From Isurus oxyrinchus (lineage: Eukaryota): a stretch of DNA of 64,000 nt. Shown piece after piece: positions 1 through 13,089 of this stretch. Each line of letters opens with the position of its first letter. Position 1 is the stretch's first letter. The notes under the pieces were generated by a model. That model saw only the letters and a list, made by a program, of their open reading frames with translations. It was not told where the DNA came from and did not search any database. The DNA lies in the NCBI GenBank assembly GCA_026770705.1, contig JANJGN010000189.1:124001-188000 (forward strand), read 5' to 3'. The position numbers and the translations under genes are program-made.

Positions 1-700
1 GCATGAATCGCAAAAGGTTAGTGTGCAGGAACAGCAGGTAATTCGGAAAGCGAATAGAATGTTATGATTTACTGTGAGGGGCATTGAATCCAAACGTAGG
101 GAGGTTACACTTCAGTTATACAGGGGGCTGGGGAGACCACATCTGGAGCTTTGTGTTCAGTATTGGCCTCCTTATTTAGGGAAAGGTGTAAATGCATCAG
201 GAGCAGTTCAGAGAAGGTTTATTGGACCAACACCAGGAATGGGCGGGTTGTCTTATGAGGACGGGCTGGACAAGTTAGACTTGTATCCACTGGAATTTAG
301 AAGAGGAAGGGGAGACCTGATTGAGAGATTTAAGATCCTGAGGGGCCTTGACAGGGTGGATGTCGGGAGGATGTTTCCTCTTGTGGAAGAAGCTAGAACT
401 AGGCGTCACTGATTAAAAATAAGGGTTTGATCATTTATGACAGAGATGAGGAGAAAATGTTTCCTCTCAGAGGGTCGTGAGGCTTTGGAACTCTTCCTGA
501 AAAGGCAGGAAACAGAGTCTTTGAATATTTTTAAGGCGCAGCTCGATAGGTTCTTGATTCACAAAGGGGTGAAAGGTCATCAGGGGTGAGCAGGGAATGT
601 GGGGTGGAGGTTACAATCAGGTCATCCATGACATTATGGAAAGGCGGAACAGGCTCGAGGGGCTGAGTGGCCTCCTCCTGCCCCTCATTCCTGTGTTCGT
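1..700 (+). mobile_element. CR1-type LINE 3' fragment (RT C-terminus and 3' tail)
   Basis: ORF 74-412 LYRGLGRPHLELCVQYW...LYPLEFRRGRGDLIE is the typical CR1 RT C-terminus; it ends in a ggctcgaggggctgagtggcctcctcctg tail. Confidence 0.85.
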
Positions 701-829
701 ATGTTTGTTTCACCAAAATCTTTGTCAAAGAGATCGGTTTAAAGGAGCATCTAAACAGAATATTTCAACACAGCCCAAAAACCAGGCCAGTGATCCAGAG
801 TGATCCAGTGTGGAACTGAGATATCAGGA

Positions 830-1186
830 AATGTATGTGTGTATGTGTGTGTGCGTCTCTGTCTGTTTGTGTGTGTATGCCTGTGTGTGTGTCTGTATGT
901 GTGTGTGTGTCTCTGTGTCTAGGTGTGTGTGTGCGTCTGTGTACGTNNNNNNNNNNNNNNNNNNNNNNNNNNNNNNNNNNNNNNNNNNNNNNNNNNNNNN
1001 NNNNNNNNNNNNNNNNNNNNNNNNNNNNNNNNNNNNNNNNNNNNNNNNNNNNNNNNNNNNNNNNNNNNNNNNNNNNNNNNNNNNNNNNNNNNNNNNNNNN
1101 NNNNNNNNNNNNNNNNNNNNNNNAGTGTGTATGTGTGTGTGTGCCTCTGTGTGTGTGTGTGTGTGCGCGTGTGCGCGTCCGTGTTT
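830..1186. repeat. (GT)n-type microsatellite flanking assembly gaps
   Basis: Degenerate TG repeats on both sides of N runs. Confidence 0.9.
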
Positions 1187-2861
1187 NNNNNNNNNNNNNN
1201 NNNNNNNNNNNNNNNNNNNNNNNNNNNNNNNNNNNNNNNNNNNNNNNNNNNNNNNNNNNNNNNNNNNNNNNNNNNNNNNNNNNNNNNNNNNNNNNNNNNN
1301 NNNNNNNNNNNNNNNNNNNNNNNNNNNNNNNNNNNNNNNNNNNNNNNNNNNNNNNNNNNNNNNNNNNNNNNNNNNNNNNNNNNNNNNNNNNNNNNNNNNN
1401 NNNNNNNNNNNNNNNNNNNNNNNNNNNNNNNNNNNNNNNNNNNNNNNNNNNNNNNNNNNNNNNNNNNNNNNNNNNNNNNNNNNNNNNNNNNNNNNNNNNN
1501 NNNNNNNNNNNNNNNNNNNNNNNNNNNNNNNNNNNNNNNNNNNNNNNNNNNNNNNNNNNNNNNNNNNNNNNNNNNNNNNNNNNNNNNNNNNNNNNNNNNN
1601 NNNNNNNNNNNNNNNNNNNNNNNNNNNNNNNNNNNNNNNNNNNNNNNNNNNNNNNNNNNNNNNNNNNNNNNNNNNNNNNNNNNNNNNNNNNNNNNNNNNN
1701 NNNNNNNNNNNNNNNNNNNNNNNNNNNNNNNNNNNNNNNNNNNNNNNNNNNNNNNNNNNNNNNNNNNNNNNNNNNNNNNNNNNNNNNNNNNNNNNNNNNN
1801 NNNNNNNNNNNNNNNNNNNNNNNNNNNNNNNNNNNNNNNNNNNNNNNNNNNNNNNNNNNNNNNNNNNNNNNNNNNNNNNNNNNNNNNNNNNNNNNNNNNN
1901 NNNNNNNNNNNNNNNNNNNNNNNNNNNNNNNTTTNNNNNNNNNNNNNNNNNNNNNNNNNNNNNNNNNNNNNNNNNNNNNNNNNNNNNNNNNNNNNNNNNN
2001 NNNNNNNNNNNNNNNNNNNNNNNNNNNNNNNNNNNNNNNNNNNNNNNNNNNNNNNNNNNNNNNNNNNNNNNNNNNNNNNNNNNNNNNNNNNNNNNNNNNN
2101 NNNNNNNNNNNNNNNNNNNNNNNNNNNNNNNGTCGGGGGGTCAGCAGGAAGTTGCTCTGCAATGTCAGAGGTGAATTTTTATCAATAAAAGCAGATGATC
2201 TGTTGTTAAACAAACTGTAGTTTATGGGTTTTTGCTGTGTAACATGTGGACTATAATGGCTAATGCAGGATGTCCGTACATGTTACTTTGGTGTTTCTGT
2301 CTCTCAGCTTAATACATGTTCACTCCAAAAAACTTGAACTGATAATAGTGGGTGAGGGTGGTGGAGCAGACCAGAGTTTGGAGTGCACTACCCCATCATT
2401 CACTCAGCGATCTGGGCCATTTATTACTTTGCAATTTGTGGGAGCTTGCTGTGTGCAAATTGGCTGCTGTGTTTCTCACATTACAACAGTAACTACAATT
2501 CAGGAATCAGCTCATTGGCTGTGAAGTGATTTGGTCCGTGCTGAGATGGTGAAAGGTGCTATAGAAATGTGAATCTTTCTTCTGTCGATATGTCAGACTT
2601 CGAGACAGGATTAGGGAGATCGATGGGAGTGGATAACCTGATAACATTGATGGACACAGTCAATACATTTAATCATTGATATTAAAGTGAGTATTAGAGG
2701 TTGTTTTAGGACTGAACTGGAAGCTATCACCAGGTTATTGAGAATCGGACAGTGTGTTATAATAAACTGTCTTTTGTGTTAATATGTAAACGTCACAGTT
2801 TGTGTTATTTCCCATTGAGTGTTGGATGTGAATTGTTGAGTAATTATAACACAGCACTTAC

Positions 2862-3230
2862 CAGAAACGTGAAGCTGGGTTACAGGGTAATAGTTGTGGC
2901 TCGGACCATTGTCAAATTCTATTCTGAAAAAATAAGGTCCTGCATCTTCCCGTGTGATGTTGTTTATAATCAGGGAACAGTCGCCATCTTTCAGGTCTCC
3001 AGACAGCCGGGTCCGATGGTGGAACCGTGGTAACTCGTGACTGTGATCCTTGGAGTGAAAGGCAATGGGAGCCCAGGGAATCTGTTTCTCATTATTAAAC
3101 CAGACTCCACCTCGCGGTTGGTTTTCCAGACACGATGGATAACTGTAATGACATGGAATCTGTACACACGAACCTTCCTGCGCTGTCACCTCTCGTGGAG
3201 TGTCACCTTTCCACTCTTGTGAGGGTTCAG
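2862..3230 (-). CDS. Siglec-like gene A, proximal V-set Ig exon (essential Arg present)
   Basis: Acceptor ctccccag|, donor CTG|gtaagt, 369 nt, phase 1-1; EPSQEWKGDTP...GSCVQIPCHY...GDCSLII...DAGPYFFRIEF...QLHVS shows the Siglec CVxIPC / DCSL cysteines and the F-strand YFFR. Confidence 0.9.
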
Positions 3231-3286
3231 CTGGGGAGACAAATCTCAATATTTAACTCTGGATGGTTTGTGGATCCACTAGACTC

Positions 3287-4112
3287 AAAATTTACTGATG
3301 AGGCTGAATTGGGGGGATGGTCAATACTGAGGAAAATGGCAACAAATTATTTTGGCAGGAAGAATAGAAAAACAGGATATTATTTAAATGGAGACAGGCT
3401 GCAGAATGCAGTACAGAGGGATCTGGGTGTCCTTGTACATGAATCACAGAAAGTCAGCATTCAGGAACACCACGGAATGAGGAAGGCAAGTGGAATGTTG
3501 GCCTTTATTGCAAAGGGATGGAGTATAAAAGGAGGGAAGTCTTGCAACAGCTGCACAAGGGGAGATTGTATCAGGAGCAGTGTGTACAGTTCTGGTCTCC
3601 TTACTTAGGGAGGGATAGAGTTGCATTGAAGGCAGTTCAGAGGAGGTTCACTGGGCTGATTCCCGGGATTAAAGGCTTTGTCCTGTGAGGAAATGTTGAG
3701 CAGGTTGGGCCTGTATCCATTGGAGTTTAGAAGAATGAGGGGTGACCTTATTGAAACATATCCGATTCCGAGGGGGCTTGACAGGGTGGATGCTGGGAGG
3801 ATGTTTCCCCCTCGTGGGGGAATCTAGAACCAGGGAGCACAGTTTCGGAATGAGGGCTCTCCCATTTAAGACTGAGATGAGGAGGAATTTCCTCTCTCAG
3901 AGGGGCGCTAGCCTGTGGAATTCTCTTCCCCAGAGAGCAGTGGAGGCTGGGCCATTGAATAGACTCAAGGCTGAGTGAGGCAGGTTTTTGATCGACAAGG
4001 GAGTCAAGGGTTTGGGGGACAGGCAGGAAAATGGAGTTAAGGCAACAACCAGATCGGTGAGAGCAGGCTCGAGGGGCCGAATGGCCTGCTCCTGTCCCTA
4101 TTTCTTATGTTC
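3287..4112 (+). mobile_element. CR1-type LINE 3' fragment
   Basis: YYLNGDRLQNAVQRDLGVLVHES and FKTEMRRNFLSQR...LWNSLPQ motifs, CR1 tail. Confidence 0.85.
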
Positions 4113-4194
4113 CTACATTCTTACCATCTTAAAATATTAAAGCTGCAGAATAAACATGCAAGTGACTGACCCGCTCGACCCACCTTCCATCAGG

Positions 4195-5140
4195 GGCTGG
4201 AGGAGGTTACACAGATAGGGAGGTTTGTGGGGGCTGTAGGAGGTAACAGAGATAGGGAGGGCTGTAGATACTGGAGGAGGTTACGCAGATAGGGAGGGTG
4301 GTAGGACCTGGAGGAGGTTGCAGAGATAGGGAGGGCTGTAGGGATTTGAGTAGTTTATGGCGATGGGGAACATGTAGGGACTGGAGGAGGCTGCAAGAGC
4401 AGAGAGGGTTTTAGGGTCTGGAGGAGTTTACAGGGATAGGAAGAGTTGTAGGGGCTGGACGGATTGCAGAGGTAGGGAGGGTTGGAAAGGCTGGTGGAGG
4501 TTTCAGAGGTAGGGAAGGTTGCAGGGACTGGAGGAGTTTACAGAGATGGGGGAGTTTTTGGGGCAGGATGGGGTTACAGAGATAGGGAGGGTTGTAAGGG
4601 CAGGACGAGGTTACATAGATATGGAGTGTGGCTGGGGCTGAGGGAGGCTACAGAGATAGGGAGGGTTATAATGGCTGGAGTAGGTAACAGAGATAAAGGA
4701 AACTCTTAGGGACTGGAGGAGGTTACAGAGATAGGGAGGGTTGTAGTGGGCTGGAGGAGGTTACAGAAATATGAAGGGTTGTAAGAGTTGGACCAGCTTA
4801 CAGAGATAGGGAGAGGTATTCGGTCTGGAGGAGGTTGCAGAGATAGGGGAGGTTGTTAGGACTGGAGGAGGCTACAAATATCGCGAGGGTTATCGGGGCT
4901 TGAGGAGGTTAAAGAGATAGGGAGGGGTGTTGGGTCCGGAGGAGTTTGCAGTGATAGGAATGGTTTTCGGGATTGGAAGAGAGTACTGAGATAGGAGGGT
5001 TGTAGGGACTGGAGGAGTCTCCTGAGATAGGGAGGGCTGTAGGGACTGGAGGAGGCTCCTGAGATAGGGAGGGTTGTAGGGACTGGAGGAGGCTCCTGAG
5101 ATAGAGAGGGTTGTAGGGACTGGAGGAGGCTCCTGCGATA
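4195..5140. repeat. ~35-bp tandem repeat (ggaggaggttacagagatagggagggttgtagggact)
   Basis: Many degenerate tandem units; inverted copy at 29185-30025. Confidence 0.85.
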
Positions 5141-6165
5141 GGGAATGTTGCCATGGATGAAGATAAAGGAGGAGATTACTGTAATAGGGAGGAAAAATAT
5201 TCAAAAATTTGGACATTGAGACTTTGCTTGACCAGGAGCCAGTCTCGGTCATCGAGCAGAGCGGGTGATAAGGGAACGGGACTTGGTGTGAGTAAGGACG
5301 TGGTCAGCAGTTTTGGATGGCCTCAAGTTTATGGAGTGTAGAGCATGTGTTGGAACAGTCGAGTCTGGAGGTAATGAAGGCGTGGATGAGGGTTTCAGCA
5401 GCAGATGAGCTGAGACAGGGTGAAGTCGTACGACGTTATGGAGGTGGAAATAGACGGTGTTAGTGAGGGCGCAGATATGAGGCCGGAAGCTCATCTCAGG
5501 ATCAAATGGGACAACAAAGCTGTGAACAGATTGGCTTCAATCTCAGAGAGCTGTCAGGGAGAGGAATGGAATTGGTAGCGAGGGAACAGAGTTTGGAGCG
5601 GGGAATGAAGACAATGGCTTCAGTCTTTCCAATATTTAATTGGAGGGAATTTCTGCCCATCCAGTACTGGATGTTGGATAAGCAGCCTGATAATTTAGCA
5701 GCAGTGGAGGAGTCGAGAGAGGTGGTGGTGAGGTAGAGCTGGGGATCCTCAGTGGACAGGTGAAAACTAACACTGTTCAGATGATGCTGCAAAGCCATTG
5801 CAAGTGATTCTCTGGCTACGATGAGATGGATAAGAATGGAGCCAGGGGAGAGCAGTCCCACCCAGCTGGACGACAGTGGACAGGTGTTGGAGGAGGATGG
5901 TGTGGTCGAGCATGTCAAAGGCTGCAGACAGATCGAGAAGGACGAGGAGGGAAAGTTGACCTTTGTCACAGTCACATAGGATGCCATTTGTGACCTTGAT
6001 AAGAGCTGTTTCAGCACAGTGGCTGGGGTGGGAACCTGATTGGAGGGATTCAAACATGGAGTTCCGGGAAAGATGGGAACGGATTCGGGAGATGGAATCA
6101 CGTTCAAGGACTTTGGAGGGGAAAGAGAGGCTGGAGATGGGACGGGGGTTTACACGGACAGTGTG
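5141..6165 (-). mobile_element. L2-type LINE RT fragment (degenerate)
   Basis: ETALIKVTNGIL...LLVLLDLSAAFD; DPQLYL...CLSNIQYWMGRNSLQLNIGKTE. Confidence 0.85.
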
Positions 6166-6421
6166 AGGGGTGGAAGGTGTAGTGGGGAGGAGACACTTCA
6201 CTCAGGGGGGAGGTGTCATCACCCCTCAGCTCGGTTTACGTTACAGCTATGATGTGGATTCAATCACACACCATAAGCTCATGGATCTGGGAGCAGAAAT
6301 AGACAAATCATTAAAAATAGTGACGCTGGTTAACACGGCCAAAAAACAAGCAAATCAAACACTATTATTTCCCATTGAGTGTTGGATGTGAATTGGTGAG
6401 TAATTATAACACAGCACTTAC

Positions 6422-6799
6422 CAGAAACGTGAAGCTGGGTTACAGGGTAATAGTTATGGCTCGGACCATTGCCAAATTTTATCGTGAAAAAATAAGGTCC
6501 TGCATCTTCCCGTCTGATGTTGTTTATAATCAGGGAACAGTCGCCATCTTTCAGGTCTCCAGACAGCCGGGTCCGATGGTGGAACTGTGATAACTCGCGA
6601 CTGTGACCCTTGGAGTGAAAGGCTATAGACCATTTAGACCATTTGTTCCGTTTTAACCTTCTCATTTTCCAGATTCCGACCTGTGGTTTCTTTACCAAAT
6701 CTGATGGATAACTGTAATGACATGGAATCTGTACACACGAACCTTCCTGCGCTGTCACCTCTCGTGGAGTGTCACCTTTCCACTCTTGTGACAATCCAA
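6422..6799 (-). CDS. Siglec-like gene A, distal V-set Ig exon (essential Arg replaced by Thr)
   Basis: Acceptor ctccccag|, donor CTG|gtaagt, 378 nt, phase 1-1; GLSQEWKGDTP...CVQIPC...WKMRRLKRNKWSKWS...DAGPYFFTIKF. Confidence 0.9.
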
Positions 6800-7422
6800 C
6801 TGGGGAGAGAAATATCAATATTTAACTCTGGATGTTTTGTTGATCCACTAGACTCGATATCCACCCCCTCCATCACTGGGGCACAGTGGCTGCAGTGTGG
6901 ACCATCTACAGGACACACAATGAACTCCACAAGGTATCACACCAGATGGAAGAGAATCCTGGACACAAAAGCGGAAAAGTTCATTCTACATTGGTTCATG
7001 GTCCTCAGGACCCTGTTTGTGCAGAAGTCTGCTCTCCAACAGAACTGAAGTTGGGGACAATGCATTTGGAATTCCATTGTCCGGGGCATTGGGTTAACTT
7101 GCTGATTTTGTTTTAAATCTAACATCTATTTTTGGTCTGTTGCCTTTAAGGGACTGTAACTGGGAGTCAGGTTAATTAGGAATTTTAGGAGTTATGATAG
7201 CAGTCATTGTCGTTATGTATGTGCTTGAAATCTTTTATTTTGACGACAAATATGTTAATTTATTGTTTTAAATCTCTAAAGGTATTGGTGGATTTATTGC
7301 TTCTGAATTAAGTGCACACATCTCATAATAAATACAAATTGCAAAATCATTTTAATAGTGTGACCAGGTTTCTCTCAGGGACTTGGTCTGCCTGGCACAC
7401 ATCACCTGCCAAGTGATAACAC

Positions 7423-8717
7423 TGTTGTAATATGCCTTTCAGGGACAGCAGCATGACATCACTCGAGGGGAAGTGTGTCATGTGATTTTTAGGAACTGGT
7501 GTTCGCTTAAGTAAGTTCTATGTGTATTTGTGTGTGTTAGGCAAAAGGTCTATCTTCAAGTTCAAGTTTAGTTTGTATTTCTGTATTTGGGTGTTGAGAA
7601 AAGGGGGAACTTGAGTTAAAAAGAAGCCAGCATTCCATTGAGGTTTAATGACTGTTGAAGGGAAGTCAAAACAAATACAAGGTGTAAGAAACTGTGCTGT
7701 TGCCTAGCAACAGTGATCCAGAGGGAAGGACCCACAGAAACAGAAAAAAACAGAAAAGTACCTTCAGTTCTGTTGAAAGGAGTTGCCAGGAGAAGCAGCA
7801 AAGGATTGGGACAGATAGTCAGTCCCAAAGTAAAGAAGAAGCCAAAACTATAGAGTTTGACAGGAGAAAGGGCCCAAGAAAACCTTCTAGTCAAATCTGG
7901 AAAAGGCCCTGTTAAGTGAAGTTAAGAGTGAGGAGCAGAAGAAGGCTTCAAGCATAAAGGGAGAAAGCAGCAGGACACAGGCCTAAAGCAAACTAGGCTT
8001 GTGAGAAGCCAGAAGATCCTAGGAGACACCACAGGTTGGTGACTCATTACTACGGCCATGTGAAGCCATGGTGTTCCATTGACACGGCTGAGCATTGGAG
8101 AGACAGGGCGTGGAAGGAAGGCTGAATGCACGTGGCGATCCAGGGGACAGGAACATGGGAAGGAGAGTTTGAAATAGTGAAAGTGGACCCTTGTGGAAGG
8201 TGTCTGAGTGAAAGTGTCATGTTGGAGAAGATTCCAAAGTGAGTTCTTGGAGAGTGGAGATTGGAAACTCTCATATGAAAGAAGCTTTTCAGTGAGACTG
8301 GTTGGCTCACAGTGTAACAAGCGTCTGGGGACAGATGAGACATAGAATTTGTTTCAAGTGGGCTCTGCCACTTGCTTTCAGAATGTGGTGTCCCTGACCA
8401 CAGGTCGTCTATTGGTTTACACGGACTGTGTACTTAGTGTGAACATGAGAATATAAGATAGTTATCGTAATTTGTGTTCTACTTATGTATCTGTAAAGGT
8501 ATAGGTCTGGGTGAAGGAGTAATGTCATATAGTTTGTCTTTCCTAGTTTAATAAATGTTTTATTCTTTTGTTAGACGTTCATCAGATGACTCCTGTGACT
8601 CTGTTCAGTAGCCGCACTCCACATTCCTAAATAAAAAATAAAAGTTAGGACCTATCAAGCTGAGTTCCACCCTGGGATCTGACTTGCTCAGTAGTAACAT
8701 CAGCTGGGATGGTAACA
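7423..8717 (+). mobile_element. Solo LTR-like element
   Basis: Begins TGTTG, ends TAACA, internal AATAAA near 8549; inverted copy at ~25614-26908; no clean target-site duplication seen. Confidence 0.55.
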
Positions 8718-11100
8718 CCATCCAGTCCAAGTTTCACTTTGGCCTGTGAGCAGAACACAGCTCACACAGTTTGGCTGCAGGTGTCTCCCAGCTTTCTATC
8801 CTTGTATATCTGTTCTCATGTCCCTGTTCTAAATAACTGAACCCACAATGTATTTACCCAATTCCGTATCAGTGGCTGGTGCCTTTATATCATTATAAAA
8901 ACACAACATGGTGATCAGTGGTGGCCAAACATTCTGGCAGCAAGTTTCAGTACAGGTATGACGTGGTGAACAGCCTAAGATCGAGCTACATGACATGAGA
9001 CGACCCTCGACGCTTTGGTCAGACCACAACAGAGACACAGCATCAGAGAGGGTTGAAATCGCAGTGTACTGACTGCTCAGGAAACCTTTGAAGACACAGT
9101 GACGGGAAAGAGCTCAAGTAAAGAGCTGGGGAGCAGACGGATCCCTCGTGGTGAGATTACAGCACACGGCCTGTAGGACAGTGAGTGGGACAGTGTGTAT
9201 CGCCAGGACCAGCAGCGGGTTAGCTCAGTCAGGGAAGGCGAGTGACCAGGGTGTGGGCTGGATCGATAGTGAGCGAAGGAGAGTCAAACACACAAAAACC
9301 ATTATAAAAATCAGCCCAGAGAAGTTAGTGATTATAACGGGCAGCTTCGAGATTGCTGAACAGCAAATTGAATAAAAAACAAAGACTCCATTACTCCGTG
9401 GTGTGTTCCTGCCACAACCCGTCTTCATGGGCGGAGCTTCGGAAAAGCACGTGAAAGGGGCTAAAGCGACACTCATCCCAGGTCCTGTAGGAGAAGGAAG
9501 GTCAAAGGAATATTGTCAGAATATCCACGAAATTCCCCAGTTTGAACTGGGATGTAGCTGACCGACTATCTGAATTCAGAATGTTTAAACAGCGTACAGA
9601 GCTCTGGTTTCCTGATTCAGGTGTGACTGAACCAGACGAACAAGCCATAAAAATTCACCTCGCGATTGGGAATGAAGGTCTACACAGGCTGAGCACATCA
9701 GGATTAACAGCAGAAGAGCGAAAGGATCCCCAATAGATACGGACGATATTGGAAGACAGGTTCAGAATCAGGTGAAACTCCATATTCATCAACTAGAGTT
9801 TATGTCATTTCATCAGCCTACACAATCCATAGACCACTTCATCAGCCGATGTAGAGAAAAGGGTACGCACTGTGATTTCAAACACAGAGCCTGCAGACAG
9901 AGTTGTTGAGTTGGTGATTACATCCACTCCCATGGAAGCCTTCCAGAAAGATCTGCTAGATAAGACCAAAACCTATAGCATTGAAGAGCTACTCAAGGAT
10001 GGACATAAATACGAAGTGATCCTCGCAGGTCAACGAAGCTTACAGGTCCTCAGTACAACATCAATTGTTGACACACTCACTAGAACATCCAAACCTAGTG
10101 AGACGTGTGGAAGGTGTGGCCTTCTGCAGGCACCAAGGAAATGCCCAGCTTTCCACCAATCCTGCAAGGCTTGTGGCAGAAAGGGCCATTGACAGCGGCA
10201 GCGCACTAGAGCAAAGGCTGATGCAGCTACAAAGAGCTGTGCACTGATCCAAACAAACCCTACACAACGGGGAACTTTCAAGCAATAAGAATGACCATCC
10301 GCTATCCATCAGGAACATATAAATGTGGTGACTGACAAACCAGGAAATGGCGATGATGTACACGACGAGACTAGGAGCGGTGATCGATATTCCACCTCTC
10401 ACACATATCCTGACGTGGCTTGCCAATAAATTGTGGATTGTGGTCTTTATTGATCTCTCTGGGCACATCAAATTAACTGAAAATGTTCCCATAGGGGTGG
10501 GATTTTCTGGCCCCACCCACTTCCATGATTGTCCAGTCCGGCCGAAAGCCAATGGATTTATGTCTGTCCCATTCTCAGAAACTATCCCATCAGCTCAGTT
10601 CATGACATAACATTGAAATATGCAGAAAGATTCAACAATATTGGCAGGTTCAAGGGAGCTGCAACATTTCACCTGCAGGGGAATGCAAGTCTGTCAGACT
10701 CCTTGCATTAAAATTAATACAATCCAACTTTGCCACGCTATCTTGAGCCTTAAATGGCCAATAATTTCTATGCCTTCCAGTTTCATTTGCTCTCTCTTCT
10801 AATTTTGGCCGTGCATCTCTCTCTGTTGAACCTCCTCTCGGGATCCGATCCCCTGCCATATTAGTTTAAAGCCTCCTCAGTTGCATCAAGGGTGTAATGT
10901 CAATTGAAACCAGAGACAACATCGAAGAATGACAATCCCACAGATCAATGTGAGCAATTAAAGAAACCTCCAGACAATTTTGCCACCACAAGATCTTGAT
11001 ATAACAGCAGATTACCTCTACGCTTTAGAGACTCAAATATTCAACAGATCTATACACTTATATAATTGTCAAGAAATATGAAAATGATACCAGGAACCTC
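8718..11100 (+). mobile_element. Ty3/Gypsy LTR retrotransposon remnant (LTR end, PBS, gag; internally deleted)
   Basis: ...acacaaca followed by PBS-like TGGTGATCAG at 8909; gag-like FRMFKQRTELWF and zinc knuckle CKACGRKGH. Confidence 0.75.
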
Positions 11101-12356
11101 TTGTTCCCTGTCCTTCTCAAAGATCCATCCCTGCAGCAGGAGCCTGAAGAGTTACTGATGTGGGGCTTAATTTATCAGATTGTAGAATGATCTGGAAATG
11201 AAGGATGCCATTTGGCCCATCGAGCCTGTGCTGGGCCTTTGAAAGATCTGTCCAATTAGTCCCACTCTAACCTCTGCTCTCTCCTCCACAGCCCTGCAAA
11301 ATGTCCCCTTCAAGTATTTATCCAGTTCCTCTTCTGAAAGTTCCTGTTGAATCTGCTTCCACCGCCCTTTCAGGCAGTGAGTCAATGGTCTCTCTCTGAG
11401 CTGCAAAGTGATAAGTTTCAATGAAATATAAACTCTGCAGCAGATCAGAAACCATCATGATAACTCAGAATATTTGACAGTTTTACATACAGACAGCTTT
11501 GCCTCCCTTCTCTCTATCAGTTATCTTGCTCCCTTATCGAATTTTCTAGCATGGTGAGAAGGGACAGGAAGTGTGACGCTGAACTGCCTGTCTAATCTAA
11601 GAGCTTCTGTGTTGTCTTCATGGGAAATTCTGATGAAAATCAGCAAGAGTGAAAAATTTCAGGGCATTGATATCGGAGTGCTAGCATCAGGATAGACTTC
11701 ATCCCCCAGTTTTTATCCCTGCTTCTCTATTCAGCCGATCGCTCCCCTGTCACTCGCTGACCTACACTGGCTCCCAGTCCAGCAATAACTCAATTTTCAA
11801 AATCTCTTCATTGATTCCTTATCCCTCCATCCTCCCTCTCCACTCCCTATCACTGTCACTTCCTCCAGCCCTGAAACCCTTTGAGGTCTCTGCTGTCCTC
11901 CAATTCTGCTGTCAGACAGGGAGTCAGTGTATATCAGTGAGCACAGGGGTGATGGGTGAATGGGACTTGGTGTGAGTTTGTACACTGGCTCACTGCTGAA
12001 CCGGTTCCCTATCAGAGCTCACTGCAGGAAGTGCGAGGGCTGGACTCTCTGTCTATTCTCACTGCAGCTGTGATGTGGTCGTGGTGATTCTCAGTAAAAT
12101 GAAACCCTCTGAGCTCCTCCATCCCCGAGGTTTAGGGAGTGAATTCCAGAGCTCAGGACCCAGGCAGCTGAAGGCCCGGCCGCCAGTATTGGAGTGATGG
12201 GAATCGGGGGATGGTCAAGAGGCCGGAATTGCAGTAACACAGAGATCTGGGAAGTTGTTTGGGTGAGTTGCAGGAGGTTACAGAGATAAAGAGATAAGAA
12301 TGATCTTTTACAAAGACTATTAGCCATAAGTCTGTCCAAGCTGACGATGATATTAC

Positions 12357-12396
12357 CTTGGAGAAGTGACAGGAGGAAGTAAGATTTCCCGATCAC
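12357..12396 (-). CDS. Siglec-like gene A leader (signal peptide) coding part, begins with GTG
   Basis: GTG ATC GGG...CTC CAA G|gtaata = (V/M)IGKSYFLLSLLQ, phase 1, matching the V exons; exon acceptor tttcacag| at 12437. Confidence 0.75.
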
Positions 12397-12846
12397 TGTC
12401 CACTCCCAGATATTCCATCCACTTCTCACTCTCAAGCTGTGAAAGAGAAAGGAGTTAATGAGACCTCACCGCTTGTCCGACAGCTCTCGAGAGATCAGAA
12501 CTGCTTTTAGACAATGTCTTCACAGACTAATTTGATTCTCTGTGGGATGATAGGTGCTCTGCAGAGAGTTACAAGTCTTTAAGTAAGACAAACAATGATT
12601 GATTTGCATTTCTATAGCACCTTTCACTATCTCAGGACATCCCAAATCTCATGTCCCTGCACTTCCCTCATCCATTGAGCTAGAAAGATGTTCTGTACAA
12701 CAGACTTGAGTCTCACACCCAGAATTCAATAATCAGTAAAAATCTTTCAAAGGCATCAATCATTGGAATCTGTCTTTATAAAGTCACAACATCAACAAAG
12801 GACGGTGTTGGTGGTGGAAGTGAATTCCAATCATTCCGTTACTTAC

Positions 12847-12990
12847 CCAGGACCTGTCCGACTGCTTGCCTGGGGAGGAACTGCCCACACGCTCTGCTTG
12901 GGCTGAATGACCTCTTCCTGTGCTGCTCCCTATTTGTGTTTAATTAAAAAGGGTGCATGTGTCACTGTGAGTCAAAATGAGGAAGTGCTT
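12847..12990 (-). promoter_or_regulatory. Putative promoter and non-coding first exon of gene A
   Basis: Strong donor CTGG|gtaagt at 12847; PU.1/ETS-like aaaatGAGGAAGTg at ~12974-12987; AP-1 TGAGTCA at 12968-12974. Confidence 0.5.
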
Positions 12991-13089
12991 GGTACCAAGT
13001 GAGAAAGCAACTCTTTGCCTCGCACTGTTAGAAAACTGTTAACCCTTTGCGTGCCAATAATGTGGTTGAAGGGCCATCGACTGTTCATA

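Noticed and set aside
765-2220. Long ORFs of 420-480 aa
   Set aside because: Artefacts of N runs and TG microsatellites
2862-6799. V exons as rearranging Ig/TCR V segments
   Set aside because: Each ends in a complete G strand and a GT donor, no RSS was seen at the exon ends, and the cysteine pattern is Siglec-type rather than the YYC antigen-receptor type
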